Assembly: GCA_040905465.1 (NCBI GenBank)
Contig: JBBDRK010000017.1
Span: 107,729 to 171,728 of the forward strand
Length of the DNA: 64,000 nucleotides
Reading direction: 5' to 3'
From: Trueperaceae bacterium
Lineage (GTDB): Bacteria; Deinococcota; Deinococci; Deinococcales; Trueperaceae
A program made the translations under genes and the position numbers. Below, piece after piece: positions 10,602 through 20,210 of the stretch (the stretch's first letter is position 1; every line of letters starts with the position of its first letter). Below the pieces are notes generated by a model. It ran no database searches. It saw nothing but the letters and a program-made list of their open reading frames with translations, and had not been told where the DNA came from.

Positions 10602-10757
10602 GCACCGGCGGAGTTTCTGGGCGGAACTCATGAGATGCCGGTGGGCAACACCGCTTACGTTACCGTCGACCTCGAGCCGGGTAGCTACGCGTTCGTCTCC
10701 GAACTTTCGCCATCGTTCGGCATGTGGAAGGTCTTCACCGTTCTAGGCGCCGAGTAG
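10602..10757 (+). pseudogene. Orphan C-terminal fragment of a cupredoxin-like protein
   Basis: My translation: APAEFLGGTHEMPVGNTAYVTVDLEPGSYAFVSELSPSFGMWKVFTVLGAE*; no 5' part present. Confidence 0.5.
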
Positions 10758-11100
10758 TACCTGGGTGAGCTTTCATTCGCCGTTCCCGGCTGACGACGAG
10801 CATCTCGTCGTCAGCCGGTATTGCGCCGGGGGTAGTCCAGTTTGGCACGCTTGACAGAGGTCGTTTACGGCCCGCCGCCGCGCAAGGAGCCCCGTTACAG
10901 ATTCGGTGCTCCGGACGCACTATTTTGCTGAGTAAGCAGGGGAGAACGGCGAGATTTCGGGTCTCCTCTGCTGCAGAAGGGTATCCCGCCATTATTCGGC
11001 TGGATACCCATTTTGTTTGCACGTGCTACTCGCTGATCCGCCAGCTGTTCAGGCGAGGTTCATCGCCTTCCTACTACCATTGCAGTCGAGGGGGCAACGG

Positions 11101-11355
11101 ATGATGAGCAGCATCGAACTACAGAAGGACCTTCAGGACTGTGTGAACCGCATCGAGGACCTCGCCAGGCGCAAAGGCTGCGAGAAGACTCTGGAATTCG
11201 AGCTCTATGTGATGCGTTGGGGAGCGGAACTGGCGGCCAGTTCACAGAGCCACGACCTGGCGCGATCGGTGATGCGCGAAACCCTGGAGCTCGGAGCGAT
11301 GCTGGAAGGCGACTCACCCCATAACGGCCTCAGGCGGGCCGGTGAGGGCTTGTAG
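11101..11355 (+). CDS. Small hypothetical protein
   Basis: GAGGGGG SD before ATG; helical, protein-like composition. Confidence 0.45.
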   Translation: MMSSIELQKDLQDCVNRIEDLARRKGCEKTLEFELYVMRWGAELAASSQSHDLARSVMRETLELGAMLEGDSPHNGLRRAGEGL

Positions 11356-11377
11356 CTGGTAATATCTCTCCCAAGAG

Positions 11378-11869
11378 ATGGCGGACAGAAGGCTCGAAGA
11401 ATCCCTGCGACATATTCATCCGCCCAAGGGCGCGCGCTCTTGGCACGGCGGTCCGACGGTCCTGGGTGCATTGCGGGGGGTGACGCCAGAGGCTGCGTCC
11501 TGGAAGCCTTACCCCGATCGCCACAGCATCTGGGAGCTTGCCCTTCACGTGGCCTACTGGAACTACCGGGTCCTCGCGCGAATCTCGGAGGAGCTCGATT
11601 TTCCACGTTCTCCATCGGACTGGCCGGCTGTCCCCGAGCCGGCCGACGCATCCGCCTGGCAGGAGGACCGACGGTTCGTGAAAGAGTGGCACGATCGGCT
11701 GGTGGCCGGGCTCGAGTCTCTCGACGACCACCGGCTGGACGAGAAGGCCGGTAATACCGAAACCTATGTCGCCGACATTGTTACCGGGGTACTCCTGCAC
11801 GACACCTATCATGCTGGACAGATCCAACTGATGAAGCGGCTGGCGCGAAGCGCCGGGATCGGCGAGTAG
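11378..11869 (+). CDS. DinB family protein
   Basis: WHGG, HSIWELALHVAYW, HDTYHAGQIQL metal-binding histidines. Confidence 0.9.
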   Translation: MADRRLEESLRHIHPPKGARSWHGGPTVLGALRGVTPEAASWKPYPDRHSIWELALHVAYWNYRVLARISEELDFPRSPSDWPAVPEPADASAWQEDRRFVKEWHDRLVAGLESLDDHRLDEKAGNTETYVADIVTGVLLHDTYHAGQIQLMKRLARSAGIGE

Positions 11870-11932
11870 GTCGACCGGATGCCGAAACGCCGAGGGCGCG
11901 AGAAGCCCGAGTAGCTGAGCGACGAGGCCGAC

Positions 11933-13231
11933 CTACCCAACGGGCCGCCGCGGCGGTGTGGCGAACACGAAGAACAGCGAAGCGCTCGCCACGAAGGCCG
12001 CCAGCAGCACGAACCCCAGGCGGTAGTCACCGGTGGCGTCGGCCAGGATCCCGGCGAGCAGCGGGCCCGCCATCTGACCGAGCATCACGAACGAGAAAGA
12101 TATCCCCATGATCGTGGCGAACGAGTTACGCCCGAAGTAGTCGGCCCTGAGTGACTGCATCACCGGACCGCGCATGCCCCAAGCCAGGCCGTGGACGATG
12201 GCAAAGAACAGCACCCAGAGAACTCCGTCTGCATATGTCAACGCCAGGAGCGCGACGGCGTGGGCGAGCATGGCCACCACCGCGATCATTCGCTTGTTGA
12301 AGCGGTCTCCGAGCACACCGCCGGCGAGCTGGCCGGCCATGGTTGCCGCCGTCATAATCGCCACCATGGTGGCGGCAAGTTGCAGTGTAAGGCCGACACT
12401 CTCCTGCAGGTGGACCACCAGGTGCACGAGCACGGCGGCGACGATGGTGACGGCGGAAGCGTGACCGAAGGTGATGAACCAGAAGGCGCGGGTGCGTAGC
12501 GCCTGGCGAGCCGAAAAGCCCCGCTCCAGCACGACGTCTGGTGCCGGCACGGCGGCGAGACCGGCGGTGTCGTTTTCCGCTCTCTCGCTTGCTGCACGTT
12601 TGGGCTTCGCCCCGTACGGACGGAGGCCGTACGCTTCCGGGCTGCTGCGCATGAGCGCCGTTACGGGCAGCCCGACCACCAGGATCAGCACGCCCGAGGC
12701 CACCGCCGTGGGACGCCAGCCGAAGGTCGTGAGTGCCCAAGCTATCGCCGGCACCGTCAGTCCGCCGATGCTGATGCCCATCTGCATCAGCGCGAGCGCC
12801 GACGAACGGCGCCTCTCGAACCAGTTCACCACGGTCGTGGTGACGGACAGGAACCCGGCCAGCCCGACGCCGAGGGCCAACACCAGGAAGGTGCCGTAGA
12901 AGGCGGGTACAGAGTTCACCTGCGACAGCAGGACGAATCCGACCGCCAGGAGCACCAGGCCGACCTGGATCACACCACGGGATCCGAACCGTTTGAGCAG
13001 CCAACCCTGGACTGGGCTCAGCACCGCCATCTGCGCCCGCTGCACCGCGAAGGCAGTGGCGAAGGTGGTCTTGCTCCAGCCGAACTCGGCCCGCCACACC
13101 GCCACATAGGTCCCGTACGCCTGCATCAGCAGTCCGGCGATCAGGATCTGCAGGAGGATGGAGCCACCTACCACCCACCAACCGAAGAAGGTGTTTCGGA
13201 GTCCATTGCCGAGCTGGCCGAGGGCTTTCAA
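11933..13231 (-). CDS. MFS transporter (OFA/monocarboxylate-like)
   Basis: About 12 hydrophobic segments; GVLGDRFNKR, NWFERRRSSA, ADYFGR. Confidence 0.92.
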   Translation of the reverse strand: MKALGQLGNGLRNTFFGWWVVGGSILLQILIAGLLMQAYGTYVAVWRAEFGWSKTTFATAFAVQRAQMAVLSPVQGWLLKRFGSRGVIQVGLVLLAVGFVLLSQVNSVPAFYGTFLVLALGVGLAGFLSVTTTVVNWFERRRSSALALMQMGISIGGLTVPAIAWALTTFGWRPTAVASGVLILVVGLPVTALMRSSPEAYGLRPYGAKPKRAASERAENDTAGLAAVPAPDVVLERGFSARQALRTRAFWFITFGHASAVTIVAAVLVHLVVHLQESVGLTLQLAATMVAIMTAATMAGQLAGGVLGDRFNKRMIAVVAMLAHAVALLALTYADGVLWVLFFAIVHGLAWGMRGPVMQSLRADYFGRNSFATIMGISFSFVMLGQMAGPLLAGILADATGDYRLGFVLLAAFVASASLFFVFATPPRRPVG

Positions 13232-13335
13232 CGAAAGTCGCTCACTACTCGAAATAACGTAACAGAGGAAAGCCTGGAATCCCGATGCCCGGAGACGAAG
13301 GACAACCCGCGGATACTCTCAGCAAAACCTGCTGC

Positions 13336-14124
13336 TCATCCGGGAGTGCTGCTCGCGATGAGCACCTCCACTCCCCTCTCCCTGAGACAACGGAGCTTGT
13401 CGGTGGGTGCAGCTTCGGTGGTGATTACGGTATTCATGCTGTCCGCCGGGATACTTGCGAAGTTGGCCTGATTCGTGAACTTGGAGGAGTCGGCAAGTAC
13501 GTACGAAAACTGAGAGTTCCTGTTCAGGATTCGCTTTATCTCGGTCTCGACGAGCGCCGTTTCCAATGTTCCCTTGCCGCATTCGACCGAGCCGGCGCCG
13601 AGGAAGGCGCGATCGGCGAAGAAGGACTCCAGGTGGCGCTCCGCGAAGGGGCCGGTGAAGCTGTTTAGCATCTCATCGAGCTCGCCGCCGGGACAGATTA
13701 CTCGGGCACCCCGCTTGGACTTGACGGTCATGGCGATATCCATGGCGTGGGTAACTACTGTCAGGTTCTTTCGCTCAGGCAGTGCGCGGGCAAGGTAGTA
13801 ACAGCTGGAACCGTTGTCGATGAAGATCGTCTCGCCGTCCTCGACGAGGCTGACCGCGTGGCGAGCGATCCGCTCCTTCTCGGCTCGGTTGCTCTCCAAG
13901 CCCTGGCGGACGCTTTGGCCGACGTTGGCGCCCGACGCCATGCTGCTGTCCATGGCGCCACCCGGAACCCGAATGGCCAGCCCGGCCGACTCGAGCCTGC
14001 CGACGTAGCGGCGAGCAGTCACCTGCGAGACACCGTAGTGATCGGCAAGCTCGTCGATGGTGATTACCCCGCGAAGGCGCAGGTATTCAGTTAGTTCGGC
14101 GTCCTTTACCCGCACGGTGTTCAT
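13336..14124 (-). CDS. DeoR/GlpR family transcriptional regulator
   Basis: N-terminal HTH ELADHYGVSQVTARRY; EKERIA, IFIDNGSS, VLADSSKF. Confidence 0.93.
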   Translation of the reverse strand: MNTVRVKDAELTEYLRLRGVITIDELADHYGVSQVTARRYVGRLESAGLAIRVPGGAMDSSMASGANVGQSVRQGLESNRAEKERIARHAVSLVEDGETIFIDNGSSCYYLARALPERKNLTVVTHAMDIAMTVKSKRGARVICPGGELDEMLNSFTGPFAERHLESFFADRAFLGAGSVECGKGTLETALVETEIKRILNRNSQFSYVLADSSKFTNQANFASIPADSMNTVITTEAAPTDKLRCLRERGVEVLIASSTPG

Positions 14125-14362
14125 TCAGATGAGCTACTTCCTTCCCTGCCGGCCGTGAGCTGCAGCCAAACTGCGTCTCTCGTGCGCTGGACGGGATGCG
14201 GCCGAATCGACAAGCGCCTGTCATCCTTCGGGCTCGTGCGTCCCAGAGAACGGACGAGATTACCATGCCGCCGTCATGAGCCGATCGCGGCCATTGGACC
14301 ATGGCCATAATGTATCTTTTTATCACAAAGGAGACAATATAGGAGCGTCTAGAGTTTGGCTT

Positions 14363-14392
14363 TTGACAGATACGGGATCTATCTGATAAATT
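14363..14392 (+). promoter_or_regulatory. Sigma70-type promoter with embedded palindrome (candidate DeoR operator)
   Basis: TTGACA (14363-68), 18 nt, TAAATT with an upstream TGn; CAGATA-N7-TATCTG inverted repeat at 14367-14385. Confidence 0.6.
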
Positions 14393-14570
14393 CAGCAAAT
14401 CAGGATGACTTTGAGGGACTTCGAGGAAAGTTGACGCGAGGGCCTGAAATCCGAGAATTGCGTCCCCCGTAGTGGAAAGCGTGGCCCGCTTCTCGAGAGG
14501 AGGTGAGGAGGATTGCTTCGGGAGGTCCGCCTCCACTTGTCGACCCGCTAGCCATTCGAAAGGACAGATC

Positions 14571-15830
14571 ATGCGCGTATTTGTGAAGAGAAGCCTTATC
14601 GCTGCACTGCTCGTCTCGGCCGGGGCCTTGCTGTTTCCAGCGTTTGCCCAGGGAGACGGGGAACAGGTCGAGTTGACCATCTGGTTCGGACGGGAGAACT
14701 TCATACCGGCCGATGCCTTCGACGCCTTCCATGCGGAACATCCGAACATCCGAGTCACCACAGATGTAATCCCGCTGGAGCAAGCGGTCGCGGACACGCT
14801 ACGCGCTGCCCAGGCAGGCCGTGCTCCCGATATCGTCCAGATTCCGGCCGACAGTTTGGGGCCGTTAGCGATACAGAACGCCCTTTTCGACATCTCGGAC
14901 CTGTTGGAGCAGTGGCAATCCGAGGATCCGGCAGGTCACGGGAACCTGGCTGAAGCCGCTTTTTCGATGGGGAGCTGGGACGGGACCCCTCACGGCCTGG
15001 CGTTGCACATAGGTCCGTTCTGGTACACCTACCGGACCGACTGGTTCGAGGAGGCCGGCATTGCGGTACCGACCAACTGGGATGAAGTGCTCGAGGCCGG
15101 CAGGCAACTCAGCGACGGGGGCCGCATCGGCTTTGCCATACACGGAAGTCGAGCTCACGACCCGGTATGGATGCTCTCCCTGTTCATGGCCATGGGCGGT
15201 CAGTGGGAGGGTAACGTCCCGCAGCTCGACTCCGAGGCCGGGGTCTACCTGCTCGAGTTCTACCAGGCCCTTGTGAGGGACGACATCGGTTCGCCGGAAA
15301 TCCTGGCCTGGGACTCCGGAGACTTCCGTGCCGCGTTCATAAACGGGAATGCTGCGCAGGCCCTCATCGGCGACAACGTCTACCCGACCGTCCAGGAGTC
15401 GCTGGAGTACGGCGACGAGTGGGCGGGCAAGCCGCTTCCTCCTCGGCCCGGTGCCGAGGACCAGAACCGAACCATGGCCCTCGGATGGCCGTACGTAGTC
15501 ACCGCCCAGACCGAGCATCCCGAGGAGGCTATGCTTGCCCTCAGGTATCTGGCACGCCCCGAGATCATTGAGGAAGTAGCGCTCCGGTATCAGCCCACGA
15601 CGGTGCTGCCCGTGCTCAACTCTCCTTCGTACGTAGACGCCAAGCCTTGGGCGCCGGACTTTGCGGAGGCGTTCGCCCAGCTCGAGCCGCTGCCCGGCCA
15701 CCCGCGTCAGCCTCAGATCTATCAGGTGCTGCTGGACGCGATGCAGGAAGCCCTGCAGAACCCGAATGCCGATGCCGGGGAGATCGCCGCAACCTACCAG
15801 GCCCAAATCGACGAGCTGGCTGACCGCTAG
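14571..15830 (+). CDS. Carbohydrate ABC transporter substrate-binding protein
   Basis: Signal peptide ending AFA-Q; APDIVQI, YRTDWFEEAGIAVPTNWDE. Confidence 0.92.
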   Translation: MRVFVKRSLIAALLVSAGALLFPAFAQGDGEQVELTIWFGRENFIPADAFDAFHAEHPNIRVTTDVIPLEQAVADTLRAAQAGRAPDIVQIPADSLGPLAIQNALFDISDLLEQWQSEDPAGHGNLAEAAFSMGSWDGTPHGLALHIGPFWYTYRTDWFEEAGIAVPTNWDEVLEAGRQLSDGGRIGFAIHGSRAHDPVWMLSLFMAMGGQWEGNVPQLDSEAGVYLLEFYQALVRDDIGSPEILAWDSGDFRAAFINGNAAQALIGDNVYPTVQESLEYGDEWAGKPLPPRPGAEDQNRTMALGWPYVVTAQTEHPEEAMLALRYLARPEIIEEVALRYQPTTVLPVLNSPSYVDAKPWAPDFAEAFAQLEPLPGHPRQPQIYQVLLDAMQEALQNPNADAGEIAATYQAQIDELADR

Positions 15831-15843
15831 ACTCACTTAAACT

Positions 15844-15873
15844 GGCGCTGCGCCTCGTGTCTGGCGCAGCGCC
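15844..15873 (+). terminator. Post-SBP stem-loop (mRNA stabiliser/attenuator)
   Basis: GGCGCTGCGCC-8nt-GGCGCAGCGCC perfect 11-bp stem. Confidence 0.55.
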
Positions 15874-15898
15874 TCTACGGTCACAGAGGGCGTATCCG

Positions 15899-16810
15899 AT
15901 GGCAGTCGACAATATCGCGACCCGAGAGTTGCCAGCTGCCCGGCGACGCAGGAAGTGGGGCGAGATCCTGGTGCCCTACCTGCTCGTCTCGCCGGCCATC
16001 CTGTTCGTGGCAGGAGTACTGGGATACGCAGTAGTGAACGGTTTCGTGACGTCGTTGTTCAGGGTCGATATCTGGACGATAGGCCGCCCCTTCGTGGGCC
16101 TCGGAAACTATCTTGCTCTGTTCCGTGACCCGAACTTTCTGAACTCGCTTACCCGCTCACTGATCTTCGTGGCCGGAACCATCGTGTTCGGTCTGGCGCT
16201 GTCGATGACATATGCGCTCCTGCTTCAAGCGGTTCGTTCGGCCCGAGGATTCCTGCGATCGGTCGCGCTCATCCCTTACCTGGTGTCGGGCATTGCCGCC
16301 GCGATCATGTGGCGCTTTCTGTTTACCGGCGAGGCGAGCCTGGTACAGGCGACCCTGGAATCGCTGGGTTTCGGCCAGATGACCTGGTTAGGGCACCCGG
16401 ACCGGGCCCTGGCCGTCGTGACACTGGCGAACGTCTGGTTCATCTCACCGTTCGCTACCCTGATACTCCTGGGCGGCCTGCAAAGCGTGGACCAGCAGCT
16501 TTATGACGCGGCTGCCATCGATGGCGCCAACTGGTTCCACAGCTTCTTGAACGTGACGTTACCAGGCATCCTGCCGATGTTGTCGCTGAGCCTGATGTGG
16601 CTCAGCTTTGCGAGCTTCAACATGTTCGACATAATTCTGCCGTTGACGGGCGGAGGCCCCGGCCGCTCCACCGAAGTTCTGGCCGTCTACATGTACCAAT
16701 TGGCGTTCCGCAATCTCGACTATTCCAGCGCTTCCGCGGTGATGATGGTTCTGCTCGTGATCAACCTGACCCTCAGCCTGCTGTACCTGCGCGTTTCGCG
16801 GGTACGGTGA
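15899..16810 (+). CDS. Carbohydrate ABC transporter permease
   Basis: FVGLGNY; EAA-like LYDAAAIDGA; GGGP..STE. Confidence 0.93.
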   Translation: MAVDNIATRELPAARRRRKWGEILVPYLLVSPAILFVAGVLGYAVVNGFVTSLFRVDIWTIGRPFVGLGNYLALFRDPNFLNSLTRSLIFVAGTIVFGLALSMTYALLLQAVRSARGFLRSVALIPYLVSGIAAAIMWRFLFTGEASLVQATLESLGFGQMTWLGHPDRALAVVTLANVWFISPFATLILLGGLQSVDQQLYDAAAIDGANWFHSFLNVTLPGILPMLSLSLMWLSFASFNMFDIILPLTGGGPGRSTEVLAVYMYQLAFRNLDYSSASAVMMVLLVINLTLSLLYLRVSRVR

Positions 16811-17676
16811 TGGCCGGCTCTTCACCCTCCCTGCCGCCGCGCCGCGCGCCTGTGCTGGCAATGCTCATCCGCAAGAACCTGGTCTGGATCCCCCTGGCCG
16901 TTCTGGTGGCATGGTCGCTCGTTCCGATCCTCTGGTCGGTGGCCGCGTCGTTCAAGACTCCGTTGGAGGTATATGACGCCAGATGGCTTCCCGAGAGCCC
17001 GACGCTGGACAACTATGCTCGAGTGCTCCAGTCAGACGGATTCTGGAGGTACTTCCTCAACAGCGTCTTTCTCGCACTGGCCTCCACTGGGCTGGCCGTC
17101 TTCGTCAGCAGCCTCGCCGCCTACGCGTTCGCCCGCTACGCCTTCCGCTGGCGCCACATCCTGCTCATCGTCATCCTCGTGCCGCGCATCCTGCCGCGGG
17201 CCAGTCTCATCGTTCCGCTCTATCAGATGGTCGAGAGCGTCGGAATGCTGGATACCTATGCCGCGCTGATCGTGACCTATACCGCCACCGCGATCCCCTT
17301 GGCGACCTGGATCCTGACCGGCTTCTTCCATGCGGTTCCGATCGAACTCGAAGAGGCTGCAGCCATAGACGGCGCCAGCATCTGGCAGCGGATTTGGCGC
17401 ATCGTCGTACCGATCGCGGTTCCCGGAATGATCACTGTCGGCGTGCTGTCGCTGCGCGAGGCCTGGAACGAGTTCCCGTTCGTTCTGGCATTGACCACCA
17501 GCATGGAGAAGCGCACCCTCCCATACCAGTTGTTCCTCTTGCGCGACCGGCTGGGCATCCAGGACTGGCCCCTGGTCAACGCGTTCACCATACTGACCAT
17601 CATCCCGATCCTCATCCTCTACATCGCCTTCGAGAGGCGCATCGTGAGTGGCCTGACCAGCGGCGCACTCAAGTGA
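16810..17676 (+). CDS. Carbohydrate ABC transporter permease
   Basis: TLDNY, ELEEAAAIDGAS, AWNEF, GLTSGALK; TGATG coupling. Confidence 0.93.
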   Translation: MAGSSPSLPPRRAPVLAMLIRKNLVWIPLAVLVAWSLVPILWSVAASFKTPLEVYDARWLPESPTLDNYARVLQSDGFWRYFLNSVFLALASTGLAVFVSSLAAYAFARYAFRWRHILLIVILVPRILPRASLIVPLYQMVESVGMLDTYAALIVTYTATAIPLATWILTGFFHAVPIELEEAAAIDGASIWQRIWRIVVPIAVPGMITVGVLSLREAWNEFPFVLALTTSMEKRTLPYQLFLLRDRLGIQDWPLVNAFTILTIIPILILYIAFERRIVSGLTSGALK

Positions 17677-17772
17677 GAGGGACGTGCTACTACGGAACTC
17701 CACTGCCGGGCCATGTCGTCAGGGCCACGTCGGGTTACTGAAGCCATTAGAAACCGAAAGGAAACCTAGTCT

Positions 17773-18597
17773 ATGCGAGATACCATCACAGACAGTTCTT
17801 CGAGCGATTCCAACACAGCCGCCGGCTCGACCGCGATCCCCTCGGTGGAGCAAATACTTCCATTGGACCGTCGCGTATTGATAGTTCCCATCGATCACGG
17901 GATAGTGAACGGCAACATCTCCGGGTTGGAAGACCCGAAGGCGATGATCGAGAGGTTGGCGGAAGCCGGCGTGGACGGCACGCTCATGTCGGCCGGCTGG
18001 GCCCGGCGCATCGGTCATATCGCCCGAGACAACGGCATGAGTCTTTCCCTCGCCGCCGATTTTCAGGTGTGGGGCAGCAAGCCCGGGAGGCTCGAGGACG
18101 TTCGTGGGCACGTGCAGATTCTCTCGGTGCTGCGGGCTCGAGCCCTTGGGGCCGACGCCGTCAAAGTGCTGTTCCCGTGGGGGCTTCCCGACCATGTTCT
18201 GCAGGAAAACGTCGCCCTGATCGCCGAGTTGGCCGAAGAGTGCCAGGACGTCGGCTTGCCGTTGATGGTCGAGCCTTTGTGGATGGGCGAGGACATATCG
18301 GACAACGAGCACGACCATTTGATAGTTAATGCTTCGCGGATAGCGGTTGAGTTGGGCGCGGATATTCTCAAGATTCCGGCGGTCAGCGTTGCGGCCCTGG
18401 AACAGATCCTCACCTGGGACGTGCCCACGGTATTCCTGGGCGGTGCGAAGCAGGAGGACCCCAAAGCGCTTTTCGAAGCGATTGCCAGCGGAATCCGGGC
18501 CGGTGCACGGGGCATCGTGATGGGCCGCAACGTGTGGCAGAGCGAACGCATGGTGGACGTCATAGCCGACCTCAGGTCGCTCTTGCAGGACACATGA
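17773..18597 (+). CDS. Class I aldolase, DhnA/LsrF family
   Basis: PIDHG, LGADAVK, GLPLMVEP, ELGADILK (Schiff-base Lys), GRNVWQ. Confidence 0.9.
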   Translation: MRDTITDSSSSDSNTAAGSTAIPSVEQILPLDRRVLIVPIDHGIVNGNISGLEDPKAMIERLAEAGVDGTLMSAGWARRIGHIARDNGMSLSLAADFQVWGSKPGRLEDVRGHVQILSVLRARALGADAVKVLFPWGLPDHVLQENVALIAELAEECQDVGLPLMVEPLWMGEDISDNEHDHLIVNASRIAVELGADILKIPAVSVAALEQILTWDVPTVFLGGAKQEDPKALFEAIASGIRAGARGIVMGRNVWQSERMVDVIADLRSLLQDT

Positions 18598-18634
18598 ACG
18601 AGGCGGCCGCGACTCTGGCCGCCGAGGAGAGCGG

Positions 18635-20209
18635 GTGGTGGAGATAGCCGAAGCAGGCAGGTCGCTGGACGCACGTACCGTGCTGCTGGGCATCGATGTC
18701 GGCACTACCAATGTCAAAGCCATCGCCTACACTGCTGCAGGTGAGGCGGTTGCCTCTGCTTCGGCACGTCATGAAACCCATCGACCTCGACCGGGTTGGG
18801 CCGAGTACGACTCGGAGGAACTGTTCGCGTCGACCGCAAGAGCAGTGAAGCAGGTCGTGTCGACGTTGGCCGCCGACACGGTCGTAGCGGGTGTGGCCGT
18901 TGCGAGCATGGCGGAAACCGCTATTCCCTTGGGAGCCGATGGCCAGCCTCTGCGACGAGCGATTGCCTGGCACGACGAGCGGGCGGTGCCACAGTCGGAC
19001 TGGTGGCGGCGAGAGGTGGGTGAAGAGCGCGTGGCAGCCATCACCGGGCTGCCCGTCATGCCCATCTTCGGCATCAACAAGATTATGTGGCTTCGCGACA
19101 ACGAACCCGACATATTCGCCAAGATCCGGGCGTGGCTCAATGTCGCCGATTACATCGCGTTCAGGCTTACCGGCGCCCAGGCGACCGACTACTCGCTGGC
19201 CTCTCGCTTGATGGTGCTCGACCTGCAGGGGAAGCGCTGGTCGCAGGAGCTGCTGAGTGCATGCGAGATACGGGAGGAGATCTTCGCCGAACTCGTGCCG
19301 AGCGGCCAGCAGATAGGCGTAGTCCACTCCGACGCGCACGCCGCGACGGGATTGCCGCGCGGTACGCCGGTAGCGAGCGGGGGCATGGATCATCCCTGCG
19401 GGGCGCTGGCTTTGGGGCTGACCCGCTCGGGCGACATCCTGGATTCGATGGGTACCTCGGAATCGCTCTTCTCCGTAACCTCCGCGCCGCAACTGAACTC
19501 CGGCTTGGCCGAGGCCGGTTATCAACAGGGAGTCCACACGGTCTCCGGCACGTACTACTGCAACGGCGGGCTCTACACCTCAGGAGCGTGCGTCGAGTGG
19601 CTTCGTGGGCTGCTTTCGCCCGACGGCGAGACGTCTTACGACGCCCTGATAGAGAGCGCTTCCAGGGCCGAGCCGGGCAGCGCCGGCGTGTTCTTCCTGC
19701 CTCACCTGCTGATGGCCAATACGCCGGTGAATGACGTGTTGTCTCGCGGTGCCTTCGTCGGCCTGTCCGCCTCGACGGATCGCGGGTCGATCGCCCGAGC
19801 CGTCTTCGAAGGCCTGGCGTACGAAGCACAGCTCGCGCTCGACGGACTGGTGGAACGGCTGGACCTGAAAGTCGAGCGCGTCCGCGCCATCGGGGGAGGA
19901 ACGCGAAACGAACTGCTGATGCAGGTGAAGGCGTCTCTCCTGCCCGGCCCGATCGAGGTGCTGGAACTGGATGAAGCGGCCAGCCTAGGTGCCGCCCTCA
20001 TCGCCGGGATCGGCGTGGGAATCTATCGGGACGCCGACTCCGCCGCAGCGGCAGTGAATCTCGCGAGCCGCGAGGTGAGTCGCCCGCACGAGGCCACGGT
20101 CGAATACCACAGGCGTGCCTACGAGTCGGTGTACAAGAAGCTCTACCCTCGACTCGCCGGATTGAGCCACGAGATAGCGACGTTGCGGGGGAGTCCGGGC
20201 GCACGGTAG
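18635..20209 (+). CDS. FGGY family carbohydrate kinase (xylulokinase/fuculokinase-like)
   Basis: LGIDVGTTNVKA, AIAWHDER, GGMDHPC, SMGTS, IGGGTRN, LGAALIAG. Confidence 0.93.
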   Translation: MVEIAEAGRSLDARTVLLGIDVGTTNVKAIAYTAAGEAVASASARHETHRPRPGWAEYDSEELFASTARAVKQVVSTLAADTVVAGVAVASMAETAIPLGADGQPLRRAIAWHDERAVPQSDWWRREVGEERVAAITGLPVMPIFGINKIMWLRDNEPDIFAKIRAWLNVADYIAFRLTGAQATDYSLASRLMVLDLQGKRWSQELLSACEIREEIFAELVPSGQQIGVVHSDAHAATGLPRGTPVASGGMDHPCGALALGLTRSGDILDSMGTSESLFSVTSAPQLNSGLAEAGYQQGVHTVSGTYYCNGGLYTSGACVEWLRGLLSPDGETSYDALIESASRAEPGSAGVFFLPHLLMANTPVNDVLSRGAFVGLSASTDRGSIARAVFEGLAYEAQLALDGLVERLDLKVERVRAIGGGTRNELLMQVKASLLPGPIEVLELDEAASLGAALIAGIGVGIYRDADSAAAAVNLASREVSRPHEATVEYHRRAYESVYKKLYPRLAGLSHEIATLRGSPGAR

Positions 20210-20210
20210 C

